DNA of 64,000 nt from Fimicolochytrium jonesii (lineage: Eukaryota). The notes beneath the pieces are model-generated. The model searched no databases, was not told where the DNA came from, and was given only the letters and a program-made list of their open reading frames with translations. The position numbers and the translations under genes were made by a program. Where the stretch lies: the NCBI RefSeq assembly GCF_025526975.1, contig NW_026515674.1, positions 62,001-126,000 of the forward strand. Reading direction: 5' to 3'. Position 1 is the stretch's first letter, and every line of letters begins with the position of its first letter. Positions 45,436-58,757 of the stretch are shown here, piece after piece.

Positions 45436-48400
45436 AACAAACTGGGAAAGCAAGACGGAACCCTCCCTGGGAACCTCTCGAAGTCCGTGAAGCTTTTGGG
45501 ATGCACTGCCTCCCGTTCGGCCACCTGAATTCACCAGAAGGCTTGGTGGGGTGACGCAAGGCATTTCAGGCATGATGAATCATGCATGCCCTTCCTCCCG
45601 CATCAACGACCAAAGAACACTTTCCCAGCCTCACACTGGCTGGCTGGCTGTCAATACGGGTCAGTGACGTAAAATGTCCCTCAGCGTTTCAAGACACTTT
45701 TTGTCGATCACCGGCCGAGAGTGCAACGACTGGTTGGCGAGCGCGTCCGAAAACGCGTCCGAACGACCACGAGCGCGTTTCTCGCTGATTGCCATGACGT
45801 TTGCCGGTTGTGCAGTTGTAGAGTTGCGAAGCCACGACTGAAATACTGTCAATGATGGCCAGCACAGCAACGCAAAGCCCCCAGACCCTTCGGAGCCTGT
45901 CTCATCAGCAGCTATATGATATATCTTCAAACTTTGTCTCCCAAGCGACGTCAACTCTGATTGCATCTCCTCCTTGCGCCTGGGTCTGGCCTTGGTGAGG
46001 GTTACCGGTATTGCAGCCATCGCCGACGAGGAAACCTTACGGGAAAGCAAGGTTTTACTTACCAAAAAAGCGAAGCGTCATGCCTCCCAAGCAGTCTCAG
46101 CCCTCCGGCAGCTCCAAGTCATGCTTCCATTGGACTTCATCTCAACCGAACGTGAGCGATCGTTTACGTTTCGCAGAGGGCTCGATTGAAGGGAGGAAGG
46201 TCCAGAAAAGCTTATTACCGTGAGAGGCCGCGATGGGCGCATGCATCCGCTGCAAGCAGGTGAGACCAGTACACATTCAAAACCGCTGAGACATCCGCGT
46301 TCGATTGCCGGAGGTGTCTTCCAGTGGAGCGGCAGGCAGGGATTTTCATGAAGGACCGTGACTCGTGCCTCACCTCGTGTGGACGCTGACTCCATCCTCT
46401 GAAGGAGTGTCTGAAGCCGCAACGGTGTTTTCCCATGCGTGCCGAGAGCCCATGGTCGTGCCATTTGGCGAGTACATCTGAAAAAGGAAACGACTCTAGC
46501 GAAGCTCTATTTGTTACGGTAAATGGCAGCACCTCCTCCGCAAGGGAGTTTCCCAATACCGGACGCTATGTGAATCGAAAGCAGCTGGCCGAACGGCATC
46601 TACGGTACGCTTTGAATCACGAGAGAAGATCCTATCACAATCCGGCCCGGAAAAAGCATGAGGGTGAATTTTCATCCTGAGTTCCTTGCTGGATTGCAGG
46701 TAAGTTGATCGGACACCAGAGTCGCTAATGGAAGTAACAGATTCCTCTCTCCCAGCAACGGCCCTCTGATCAGCACACTTCGCGAATATGCGGCAGGATA
46801 TTGCAACCAATGCCGATATGGAACGTGGAGCTTCGAACAGGATCGGTTTAGCAGCGGATGTAGTACTCGCGAAAGATAGGGCAAGGCACCGAGACAATCC
46901 AACCGCAAAAAAACCGGCTATCTCACCTACCATGCGAGACTGGCGCCTCCGCAGGTCACCCTTATGGACGCCGACCTTCTTTTCGGATACCGGCACCAAG
47001 GCGGGAAGCGTCATTCAGCACAGTCTTGGCAAAAAAACAACGCCGCCCAAATCGAACCTGACCGGGGAGCAGGACTCCCAATGACTTGGGAGTCTTGGAA
47101 GGACATTCTGGAACTAACGGCAGGGATGCTGCAGTTGCGCATGCTGGAACGGTCCGCCATCGCCGGGTGAGGTGATATGGACCAGAATGCTCTTGGCAGA
47201 AGGGAATTTTTTTCGCCCACTCCCGATCCTCCCAACCGCCTCCTCCACGTTGACATCAACGGCACGGGGTGGAAGGTCCTTAGGTTGCACCTCTCTGTCG
47301 ATTGCCGATGTGTAAGTAGATCTCAATAGAGCTCCTGCGAGGAACGGCAGAGTCGGACTTTCGGGATGGTGCGCCCTTCAAACTTCAGGTATTCCTGTAA
47401 AAAAAACCGAGGCTGAAGAAGCGCAAGCCGCCTTCGTACCAACAGGACCGTGCAAAGAATGAGACGCACCTTATTGGCCAGCAATCGCTTCGAAGGGTTC
47501 CCGCCGGTCGATTAAGCAACGGATGGCACTGATAATTCACAGCGCATGACGCAAGAGCAATTACGATCCGGTTTGAATGGCTAAGCTTTCGAGCTCGTTG
47601 GCAAGCACTCTGCCATACTGACCTCCCGCCCTTACCTGCGCCTTCGGTATGTCCTGAACCCCGAATTCATGAGAGAGCCATGAGCATATTCGCCAAACAG
47701 AAAATGGCTTGCCCCGTCTGCGCTGAGAAAAGCAGTTTTTCGGTGGAAAGGCTAGGCGAGAAGTCCCTGGTCCGACTGCGTGCCATGGCATCTGCGATGA
47801 AGGATGATTCCTGAAGATCACCATTAGTTCTCAAAACGGAACTGGCGATGCGGATGAACCGAACGTTCAGTTAAGCGCGGAATGCACGTATACTTAGATT
47901 CCACGTGGTGCGAAGATGCATGTGACTGTACCTTCAAGCCTTAGAGTAGCTGGGCGTCGGAGGCGTAGGGAGCTCAGATGTCGCGCGGGATAGTGACAGC
48001 AATGACGGTACCGCGTAACTCGAAGGCGACAGGTTTACCAGGTTGCCGGCACCGCGACGGCTTATGTGATATGTGGTTTATGCGTGCCTAACAGCTGACT
48101 TGGCTCCTACCAATTTGTTTTCTTTAACACCAAGGCACTGTCGATCATAGGCATCAACACTTCAACGACGGTTCGATTCGTCTTACTGCAGACGCAGAAA
48201 AAACCGTGGAGGCTTGACGAAACGAAGGTATTTTCGCAGATAATATTAAGGGAAACGCCTCAGTCGCATTCCATTTCGAAAAAGCGTGGGCGTCTAGTGG
48301 TCCGAAAACCTTCACGATGCTCTCACGACGCTACAAAAGGTCCGCTGTGCCCAGAGTACACTATGGTCGATTTCTCATTTGAGATGGGAATCCCAGTGCG

Positions 48401-49519
48401 GGGAAACAAGCAAAGAGGCCGCAGTACAGCTCATCAAGCTCATCTCATTGGCTGCGTGAAGGCCCGTTGTAAACTGTGCATCAGAGGTGCGATATTCGAC
48501 TCGATGCAGCTGGTTAAGTCGATATGAACAGGAATCCAAAGGCCAGGTGCGTTTGATGGATGGTAGCGCACGTTTTCTAGCGCACATGCGAGGTTCCATT
48601 TTCCTCCATCGACTCATGAGGATTCGGCAAAAACCCCATTGTGATCTTTTCCTTTACTGAAGAATGAATTTGCACCAATTTTTCATCAGTTAGGAGCTCT
48701 CTTTGGTCCGATGCTCAAATGACAGCACCGAGAATCAGTGATCGCAAGAGCTAGGACATCATCCTGTGGTGTGATGGTGAATGACTTTGGTCTCATTGAA
48801 CTGGGCTTCCCCCGTTTCAAATGTGACGGCCTGTGGCATCTTGATGTGCGGCATGTCCATACTCAAAGCATCAATCTGCTCAGGCTATACGCTGGCCTCA
48901 ATTGCACCCAATGCGTGTCCCATCACGATTTGTGGAGGGCCCATCTGTATACGGTACTGGTTGAACGTTGGCGGTTGCAACCGGAGAACTGGCTTTCCGC
49001 TTGAAGCTTTCGGAAACCAGCTGAGCGTGTTGCGGGGAGATACACAAATTGGTGCGCGCGCCCGAGCTGGAAATTTCCAACTTTCCTGTCGTCGACACTC
49101 GCTCCAAACTCTGCTGCGTCGTTTTCTCTCACTGCTGCATTCGTCGTTGCATACGTACGTTCAGTTCGTCGAAGGGTTTGCACCGTTTAGGGTACCCATT
49201 CACTGGGCATGATACACAGGCCTTCGTCTCTATAACGGCATCTCTCCAAGAGTGCCGTCCAAGCACGTTTGGCAGGTCAAATCCGGTTTCGCAGGTCAAA
49301 GTGCGCGTTGGCCACTTGCCAACCATTTCCTGCAGGCTGGGAAAAGATCTACGTGATTGAACTAGCACCGAGTAAGTGAGAAGGGAGCAAGCTCATAGGG
49401 GACAAAGGGAACTGAACCTTCCGCCCAACGGTTTTCGCAATACAGCTCATACTAACTTGCTTCTCGCCACCTACAGACCAAGCCACTTGCGTTCACGATT
49501 TCTTCCCGTTGACAACGAC

Positions 49520-51877
49520 ATGGAGGCAGCATCTCTTCTCAATAGCAACACCCACCTCGAGACGCTTACGAACTACTCCCACCCCGGCCTAGCAGAGCAG
49601 CCTGCACGCAAACCGCGAGGCCGGCCGCGTGGGCAAAAAAACCCGGCGAACCACCGCGCGGGGCGTCCAAAAGGAGGCAAGAACAAGCCAGGGCATCGAG
49701 CGGGCAGGCCCTCTTCTTCCAAAATCGAGCCAAACCTTCTAGGAAGCGTGCACGGCTCTGCTGGTATGGGTATTGGAGACGGTCATAGCCAGACCCCTGG
49801 CACAATGTTGCACCCCCACCAAAGTAAGAGCATAACCATCCATGTCGTCGAAATAGTGTGCTGAGAACTAACACTGTCAAAACGTTTCTGGTTATCAGCG
49901 AACATTGCAATGGGGTTACCTTCAGTGAGCCTTGCGCTACCACCATGGCCGCCAGTTATGCCATACCCAAGCTGGCAGACATACCAGCCACTGAACATCA
50001 GAGTGGATATCGGCGCTCTGCCACAACAGCAGCTACATCAATCGCCATTTCAACAACCACCGCCACAACAGCAACACCACCAGGATGAGCCGATGCCACA
50101 GCAGCAGCAGCAGCAGCAGCACCATTCACCACAGCACAATGTATCGCAGCAAACTCCACAGCAGCACCAGCATCCACCACCACAGCATGTCCAGCAGCAT
50201 GTTCAACAGCATGTCCAACACCATGTCCAACAGCATACCCAACAGCCTGTCCAGCAGCATGCCCAACAGCATGCCCAACAACAGTACTCCCAACCGCAGT
50301 CTACTCCGCAAATACAGGCTCCACAAAGACCGGCTTCCACTCACCAGCATCCCTCCATCATGCTCAGCCAACCCGTACAACCACTACCACGGTTACAATC
50401 AGAAGTACCACAGGAACACGGATCACAACAGCAACAGCAACACAATGATATTCGCGATTCACCTGCCGTGATTCCGAATAGATTGCGCAATTTGGGCCAC
50501 CAACAAACTCCAAACCAGTTCCAACACCAACAAACGCCAAAACAATTGGAAGAAAGTCCAGACCAGTTACAACAAACGCCGGTCCAGAGGCAGTCGTCAA
50601 GTCAGAAGAGCGAGCGGACAGATGAGAAGTCCAAGCGGAAGGGGAGGACGTGCGCTATTTGTGGGAGCGCAGAGTGCAAAGGGCGTGGGAACCGAGCCCT
50701 ATGCACAGGCAAACCACTAACTGGCGAGGGCAGCATTAAGCCGGACCCGACCGCATCGTCCGAGGCGGGGGAAGCAGATAGTTCCGGCTTACACGACCAA
50801 AGCCCATCGGAACATGGCACGATCGATGAAAAGCGAAAGCGGAAAGGAAGAACCTGTGCTGTCTGTGGGAGTGGAACTTGCAAAGGCCGTGGAAAGCGCG
50901 CCTTGTGTGAAGGATTGCAAGACGGTCAAGTGCAAAAGAAACGCAAAAAACGGACTTGCCACGTTTGCCATCAGCAGGGCTGCAAAGGGACTGGGAACAG
51001 GAAGCTTTGTCCGCGCTATGTCGGTGAGTTCAGCACACTCTGGCGTACTCCACTCCTGGGAGTGAACGTGCTCCTGACTGACTTCTCACTCGCAGATGAC
51101 GTTACAAGATCGTGGCAGCATGCCAGCGTGCGGATGGGACCTGCTCCCGAGGCGCGGACAGCACCTGCTCTCAACCCTTTCCGGAACTATGGTTCAAGCG
51201 CCGTAAATGGAATCAGCGAGGCGGCCCGTCATAACGACCATAACATCAGCTCAATAATAGATCCAACGACAGACGTCGGTCAATCGCGAATGGCCATAAT
51301 GACGCATTCATCATTGTCGAATCCGCCTGATCGGGGGCGCATACCACATCTCAGCAACCTTGTTCCGCCATTGAACATCAGCCCGAATGACTGGCGACCC
51401 CTGTCTGGGTTGAACTATGCATCGTTGAATCAAGCTCTGGATGACCGCGATCGGTTGTTGGGCTCTGGATTCTCGCCGTCTCCTTCGACCGGTGATGACC
51501 GAAGACCAACGTTGAGTTTGAGCCAGCTATTACAAAGCACGCCGACGCTTGATGATGACCGTGCACGGGCGGAAGGACTGCTGGGGCCATTCAGCCATCT
51601 GAGCAATAGCAATCATCTCGAGCCGCGGGATGCAGGCGCAGGGTTGGCCTTCCCGTCGGATGGTCTGTACAGGTCGACGGGGCGAGATGGAACTGCGATG
51701 TACGCGTCGCGCCCAGCCAATGTCATACAGACCGACCCGCAGCCGAATCCGCTCTTTGCCCCGTACCGAGGGTTCGTGCCACAGCAAACCGACCCACATT
51801 TTAGGATACTGTCGGATCAGAGGGTGGGAGTGGTGGATGGGCCGGGAGCGCGAGCGAGGAGAGCGTCGTCCGTTTGA
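49520..51877 (+). CDS. Putative DNA-binding protein: AT-hooks, Gln/His-rich region, three tandem CxxC-x4-C-x8-C fingers; introns 49824-49898 and 51024-51095
   Basis: KPRGRPR, HRAGRPK, HRAGRPS; polyQ/QH tract; KRKGRTCAICGSAECKGRGNRALC, KRKGRTCAVCGSGTCKGRGKRALC, KRKKRTCHVCHQQGCKGTGNRKLC. The first intron restores the frame. Confidence 0.8.
50095..50285 (+). repeat. Coding CAG/CAA and QQH(V/A) 12-bp-unit repeats
   Basis: CAG run at about 50099-50119 and repeated cagcatgtccaa-like units encoding QQHVQQHVQHHVQQHT. Confidence 0.8.
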
Positions 51878-52334
51878 GACGGAATCGCGTGTACATACAT
51901 TGGGGGCGTCCGTAGGCGCATTAGATGGGGCATTGGTAATATAAGAAGGTCGTGCCGAACATTTACGCTCGCTGACTGTGGGAGTAGAGCGTTTGCGGCG
52001 ATTTTCAGCACAGTGGGAAACCTTCGAACGCACGAACGCACGAACATTCATGCATGCATTACAAGCCATCATCGTTGAGTTGATAAGCACCTCATGTACT
52101 GTATGGAGAAAGCGGTGAACCATAAACGGCCCCAAACGCGCAGTCTCATAAGACGCGTTGGGCACGCTCAACTTCTCGAACTTCCAGGCACAGGTTCTTG
52201 CCCTGCGAGCCTGTCCCTACCTTGGGGATGTTTCAATACAGAAGACAATAAACGTCCGCTGATTTCCCACGACAGGCACAGGCTTCGCCTGGGTTGAGCC
52301 CAACTGAGTTCACGGGAGCACTGGACGCAGCTGA

Positions 52335-54070
52335 ATGCCGTTTATCACGGATTTACAATGGGACGAAGACTTGTTGGACACAGTCCAACTGCTCATTGCT
52401 GAAGGGTTCGATACAGGTCCGCTACCATTTGTTTGCAGTTTTAGATTAGTGAGGGACCTTCAACGTAACCGGCTATATGTGTTTCAGATCGGGATGTTCT
52501 CGTCCGTGAAGAACCAGGGGACATATTGGTGCCCGACCCGGAGGATGAGGAGTGCTTCGTGCCCGCCTTGAGTGAGGAGGTACGGCTGAGCCTGCGGTTT
52601 GGACATTGGGCTTCTTGTTACTTTGTTGGCGTGGGAATTCACACTATGCTTGTCTATGGAAGGCTCTGGATGATGTCCTGGATTTGGTTGCCCAGACGAT
52701 GGCCCCGACCATGCTACGCGCCGATGAGGTGTGGTTACAGGAGCAGAAACGGAGAGCGGTTCTGCCAACTGGATGTCAGGGGTAGGCGTCCGGATGGATG
52801 CGTATCGGAGAGCAAGAATAGCATCTAACTGTATCGCATCACCAAGGATTGACGAGATTCTCGAAGGAGGCTGTCGGACCGGCGAAGTCACGGAGTTTGC
52901 TGGCGCGCCATGTACTGGTAAAACACAGGTGGGGCGGCGAAGATTCTAGCTGTAAGCAATTGTGGAACACTTGCTAATAACGCAGGCTTGCTCAGCTGGC
53001 ATTCTTCACGATGATTACAACGTTAGCTACCTCACCTGAAGCATGCGTAATCTACATTGATGGGTCGAACACGTTCTCGGCGTCTCGGATTGCGGAGCTC
53101 TATGAATGCAGCGATCGGTTTGAGCGGTTTAGGTCTAGAGGAATGGTACGTGTTAGCTGTCCTTGCTCATCGGGAAACTCCTCCATCTCATCTGGATTTC
53201 CAGACACCGACGCACATATTGGATCGCATCAGAAGGATTCCATGTTTCGATGCCTGGGCGTTAATGGACATGCTAGAGTCCATACATCAGACAGCGCGGG
53301 ATCATGTAGGACATCTGCGACGCAAAGATGCACCGAGGCCTTTGTACTCACGGTCACCAGTTGGACAGCTTTGTCAGTTCTACCCAGCTAGTCGTTGTCG
53401 ACTCCATCGCCGACATGCTGGGGTCCATTGTTGGCTCTGGGCAGATCCGAGGTACGACTCCCCATGTGGGCTAAGCGGCAGCAACGGCGAAACTTACTCG
53501 CGGTCGTAGGAAACGTCATGCTGTCCGCGATAGGACAGCACCTCAAAGCCATCGCCGTGGAGCACTATGCTGCCGTTCTGGTGAGTACGACAGCTACCGG
53601 AGTGCTCACTCAACACGAAACATGCATTAAACCGACGAAGGTGGTCAACTACGGCGTCGTGTATGACGCCGACCCAGACGAAGACGATACCGAGGACGAC
53701 GAACGGGAAAAGGAAAACGCGCTCCAGCCGGAACGCACTACAAAACCGGCCTTAGGAAACGCATGGAGTTTCACGCCCTCCGTGACATTGGTATTCGAAG
53801 ATCCGCATGACGCTGCAAATCGGCCAGGCAGCAGCGATAGGATGCTCTCGTTTAAGAACAGGGCTGGGCAGATTGTGCCGGTGACGCAGCGGAAAGTGGA
53901 GGTATATAGGTCCAATAGACTTGTAGGTTTTGCCACCCCTGCCATGTTTCTTTCGTGAGACATTAGTCTAATATTGTTTTCGATAGGGTCGTGGCCATGC
54001 TGCTGATCTTTTCATAGGAGGTCGGGAGATATTTAGCGATGCGCGACCGAAGCCGATGAAGCGAAAATGA
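52335..54070 (+). CDS. RAD51D: RAD51 paralog, most like RAD51D, multi-exon
   Basis: LPTGCQ..IDEILEGGCRTGEVTEFAGAPCTGKTQ (Walker A), VIYIDGSNTFSASRI, LVVVDSI (Walker B), KPALGNAW; last exon 53987-54070. Confidence 0.85.
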
Positions 54071-54277
54071 GCTGCCGAGCAGTTCGAATTCAATCACATA
54101 TAGACTAGATAGGTTTTTAAATATCTAACCAGACATCATGATGGCATCCCACAAGCCCGTGGAGCGATCCGTGGTTCATGTATATACACCTTCCCAAACA
54201 TAATTTAATATACAAACACATGCCCCATCCCAATGGGCATCGTCTCGATGGCACCACAAACACAATTGGTCAAAAAT

Positions 54278-55641
54278 TCAATTTCTCCGGATTCGCTTCT
54301 TAAATCTTTCCATAACCATCTCATCTATACCGCAGCGTTATAAGAGTACGTCAGCATCGAACAAACCCCGCCTTGCACTCAAGTCAGCTCACCTGTAGCC
54401 ATCGTCCGCCGGTCAAACCTCTTCTTACTCCCATCATCCTCTCCCGCAGGTGCATCCCCATCCTCTGGTCGTCGCTGCGGCATGTTTTTCGGTCCTGTCC
54501 AATCTGCAGTGACGAGAGTCAGAATCTCGACAACGTTCCACCTGCAAATCGCTGACTAGCGGATTGTCCCCACACTCACATCGCTCCGACGCAACCGCAT
54601 TCGCCCCTGCAAATTCATTCCTCCCGATCCGGCCTGATGAGAGCTTATCGTCCCCTCCGCCTGTTGTTCGATCGAGAAGTTTCCGTTTTGCGCGTTCTGT
54701 CTCTTCAATGTTCTTCAGTTTTACGCTGGATTGGGACGGGTTGGCGTTAAAGACTATAAAGGCTTGAGGCACCTTCCCATCGGAACAGAGAGCACCGAGT
54801 CTACCTCATCCCCAGATCGATTTCGGGTATCGCCGTCAACATGGCCGTGGAAAGTGTGACATTTCCTTCGCTCACTGCTTTTTCGGCCGTCTGCAGGGAT
54901 GCGCGCGTTAGGTAAAGAGTAGACAGGTACTAATCTCACCTATCCAAGCTTCAGAACTCACCTTCAAGTGATCTGGTATCTGGAAGAGCTCGTCATGGAA
55001 ATCTTTTGGTGCATCGCTGGGACTCTCAGTCGCAGGTCCATCCTCCGTCTGTCCCCGTCGTTTCCTTAATTCCTTTTCAATGAAATCTTGCCTGTAATGA
55101 CATCTGTTTCAGCAAGGGTTCACTTTCACATCCTCTCCAAGCGACCTCACTCGCTCACATATGTCGATCCGTGTCCATGGCGTTACTTGCAGTTGCAAAA
55201 CTGCCCCCACCCCCAGCTCCAGCCTTCTCATCGCCCCCAAAACTTTTCCCTCGCACTTCATCAATGTTGATGATCCCTCCGCCGCTCTTCAGCTTCCATG
55301 GGTCGTCCTCTACTGGCTTTTCCTTCTGTTTCCGTCGGTCGCCGCGGTTGAGATCACTTATGTCCAGCCCTGCGGCGCGCTTTCGGAATTTCCGTAGTTC
55401 GAGAGCTTCTTGCAGCACTGAACTATTCGCGCAGATTGGAGGAGAAGGTTGGAGTGTCAAATTGCTTGTGCAGAGCAGGGAATGAGTTAGGCCATTGACT
55501 AAACTAGCACCTCACTGAGTCGTCGCCCCCAGGGGTTGCTTCTCCGTTGCTTGTCGTTGGTGCGTCGGCTGTTGTCGTTTCGTCGTCAGCTTCTTCCGAC
55601 ACCGCCCTCTTCCGAAACTGCCTCTTCTTAGGTGGCGCCAT
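54278..55641 (-). CDS. C9orf78/HCA59/Tls1-like splicing factor, multi-exon
   Basis: MAPPKKRQFRKR, LELRKFRKR..G, DTDRHM..FIEKEL, KLKNIEETERAK, and C-terminal ATDEMVMERFKKRIRRN. Confidence 0.85.
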
Positions 55642-55940
55642 TCTGAACGTTTTTATGCTGCTGGTCTCACAAATGGTGCGTGGGACGAACGGTGGGAGAA
55701 CGGGAAACTTTCTGAGTCTGTGGCTCATCGCACTCCACCCCAAAAGCAACAGCTGCTGTCAAAACCCATCGGCTGCCCCAACATCTTCGACTCGTTGTTT
55801 CCCAACTTAGCAATGGGATCGTCATCGCTTTCCTTCTCCCTCACACCGCACTGGACTCCTGGGCCGCTCAGTCAGGGCACAGCGTTGTGTCTCTTCTCGG
55901 TCACTTTCCTGCCAATTTCCAGACACCATTACTACCGCGG

Positions 55941-56745
55941 ATGCTCCCTTCGGAGCTCATCCGCTTATATTTCGCTTCGCTGAAATTGAGGAGCGTCACA
56001 AGATGGTTTTCGTATCCCGTTCGTGGCACGATTGATCAACCTTCTATACTCTGAAATTGAAATCTGTTGGGAGAGTCAACTTGACATGTTCTTACGCTTT
56101 TGATGGATCAAGGTCTTTGCAGTTGAAGCGTATCACGAAGATGGCGGTGACGATGGGGACGATGCGTACATCGAGCGCTGGAGTCCTAGGGCCTTCACAA
56201 GGTTGACCACTCTTCTTACTATCTCGCACCCCGATCGAGTCCCCTTCAGATCTTACTGCTCATTGCATATACATTTGGGCGGCTGTCTTCAAAGCCTTTC
56301 AAGACGGGGTGCCTGGATATGCGCGAAGCAGGCCACGTCCCTCTGCAGCAGGGGCGGCACTTTCAACAATTTGCCGAAATTTGAGGCGTTGCGGACAGTC
56401 ACGCTGAGATGCGATCGACTCATTGCGGATGATGACGGGACATGCTGGCCGCTGAGATCTGTCGACAATAGTGAGTCTGAATCACCCAGTCCTCCACGAC
56501 GACGACCTTCTTACCCCCACTACCCTCCCCCTCTACTCCGAATGATGGTTTATTTAGAGTGCTCCCATGAATCTGGCAAGATGGCGGGCGAGTGCCCAAA
56601 TTCTCTGACGAGTGCTCCGATATGATCCGCCCCGCCTGCCGTACGAAATCACGTTTATTGATGGTAGGAAATGGGGAGCCTATTACGAGAGCATTGATAT
56701 CTACGTGGAATTGGCTCGACGTCGATTCGAACAAATGCTACTGTC
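55941..56745 (+). pseudogene. Degenerate F-box protein gene (3' extent uncertain)
   Basis: MLPSELIR/(shift)IFRFAEIEERHKMVFVSRSWHD*/(shift)LLYSEIEI: an F-box consensus interrupted by frameshifts and a stop. Confidence 0.5.
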
Positions 56746-57582
56746 CCTATAATCATGAGATACATTGAGCTCTGATATATGATATTACTGCGTCTCAGAA
56801 GAGCCGAGGCGTTCCATCTATAATACGTAGTTTCGTTGAGTATTGCACAGACAGAACCGTTATTCTCTCGTATCCGACATCCAACGCGACCGGAGACCTG
56901 GTTTGCTGTTTGACCGAAATATCGGTAATCCTGGCATTCTCGCCATGCTTTGACAGGGTGTTTTTTCCTCTCGTCGCCGTGTATGGCTTTCACATAAACG
57001 GATATGAACACCTTTGGACTAGACCCCGCATCAGATATAAAAGATCTTCATACGGCACCGCCGGCAGTTCAGTTACCCTCCAATGTGATCACTCTCTGGC
57101 ATGTCCGAGACCAGTAGCACCGCACTGCTTCCCTCTCTACTGGTAGGTAGAGCATGCCATTATTCAGCGCTTAGACATCATGAAGCTTCATCGCGGACTC
57201 CGGAATAAGCGAGAATCCTCTGGTCTGGTGCTGCCTCGTAGTTTCTTTCCTGCTATGTATGCAGCATCTCTGCGTTTGTCTTCCTGCGGGGAACCGCCCT
57301 TTGTCCCGACGGTCTTGGTGCGTTGGCAGTGCGTCCGGAGAAGCCGCGCGCCGAAATTTCAAATCCGTGCGCGGTGCGCGTCCTTTCATGCACCCTCTTT
57401 CAAACCGCGCGCATCAGTGTGTGTACAGTAATTTACAAGCCGCACCTTGCTGCGCACCACACTGGCTCGGAGTTCACCTCTCCGATGCAGGAATTCAAAG
57501 CCAAAACGGTGCCAACATTGGTCATGCTCACATCTCCAGAAGGCCCAATGTAGAGATCAGCAGCAACTGCTTTCCCTTCGTC

Positions 57583-57589
57583 TATAAAA
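57583..57589 (+). promoter_or_regulatory. TATA box upstream of pirin (probable 5'UTR intron 57728-57798)
   Basis: TATAAAAGGGGG followed by a pyrimidine/CA-rich leader and a GTAAGT...CAG segment before ATG 57825. Confidence 0.55.
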
Positions 57590-57824
57590 GGGGGACCGGG
57601 TTGCAGCATTCCCCTCCTTTTCTCACACCTATCCGAACAACGAAGGACACGAAGTCCACTACAGCCCTCACAATTTACTTCCTTACGAATACTTTGAGGA
57701 AACCACTCCTCTCGCAACTTCGAACCCGTAAGTTCTGGTACCTGTCGCTGAACTTGTCTCTTAAATAGTTTTTCGCTCACATACCCACTTACGTTCAGGC
57801 TACTTCCTGAGCACGTACTCTGCT

Positions 57825-58757
57825 ATGTCCGTCTACAAGACCGTTACAAAAGCAGTCCTGTCCATCGAACAAGACGAAGGCGTCGGTGCCCGCGTCCGCC
57901 GCTCCATCGGGAGCGGAAGTCTGCGCAACCTCGACCCTTTCCTGATGCTCGACGAGTTCAAATCCACGAATGGCGCCGGGTTCCCCAATCACCCACACCG
58001 TGGCTTCGAGACCGTATCCTACATGCTCAACGGAAAAATGCAACACGAGGACTTTGCCGGGCATAAAGGAACTATCGGGCCCGGCGATTTGCAGTGGATG
58101 ACCGCTGGGCGGGGCATCTTGCATTCGGAGATGCCCGCATCGGATGGGGGACACGGGTTGCAGCTGTGGGTGAATCTTCCCGCGAAGGATAAGATGATGC
58201 CGCCGAGATACCAGGAGCTGTTGGACAAGGAGGTGCCGCGGGTGACGTCGGAGGATGGTGGAGCGACCGTCAAAGTCATCGCCGGCAAATCGTACGGCGT
58301 CGATGCGGCTGTTCGTACGCATACCCCCATTGTCTACCTCGACGTGCGCGTGCAGAAGGACAAAGTGTTTGAGCAAGAGATTCCTGAGAATTGGACTTCG
58401 TTCATTTACACCCTTTCTGGCGACGTTGCCGTCGGAGATGGAGATAAGGCACGAGTTGTTGAGCCACATACCACCGCCGTTTTGAGTGGTGAAGGCGACA
58501 AGCTGATTGTCCGCGCCGTCGAAGATGCCCACTTTGTCGTGATAGGAGGGCAGAAGATCAACGAACCCATCTACCAACGTAAGTCTTTCAGCCCGTTTTA
58601 CAGCGTAGCTCGATGTCAGTATGCTAATTTTTGTTCCTCTCATGTAGATGGCCCCTTCGTTATGAACACCCGAGAAGAAATCATGCAGGCGTTCCTAGAC
58701 TTCCAGATGGGCCAGAACGGTTTCGAGGGTGCACACGAATGGAAGAGCACCATCTGA
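57825..58757 (+). CDS. Pirin (cupin-fold iron protein), intron 58579-58647
   Basis: EGVGARVRRSIG, DPFLMLDEF, FPNHPHRGFETVSY, LQWMTAGRGILHSEMP, GLQLWVNLP, HGPFVMNT. Confidence 0.96.
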   Translation: MSVYKTVTKAVLSIEQDEGVGARVRRSIGSGSLRNLDPFLMLDEFKSTNGAGFPNHPHRGFETVSYMLNGKMQHEDFAGHKGTIGPGDLQWMTAGRGILHSEMPASDGGHGLQLWVNLPAKDKMMPPRYQELLDKEVPRVTSEDGGATVKVIAGKSYGVDAAVRTHTPIVYLDVRVQKDKVFEQEIPENWTSFIYTLSGDVAVGDGDKARVVEPHTTAVLSGEGDKLIVRAVEDAHFVVIGGQKINEPIYQRKSFSPFYSVARCQYANFCSSHVDGPFVMNTREEIMQAFLDFQMGQNGFEGAHEWKSTI

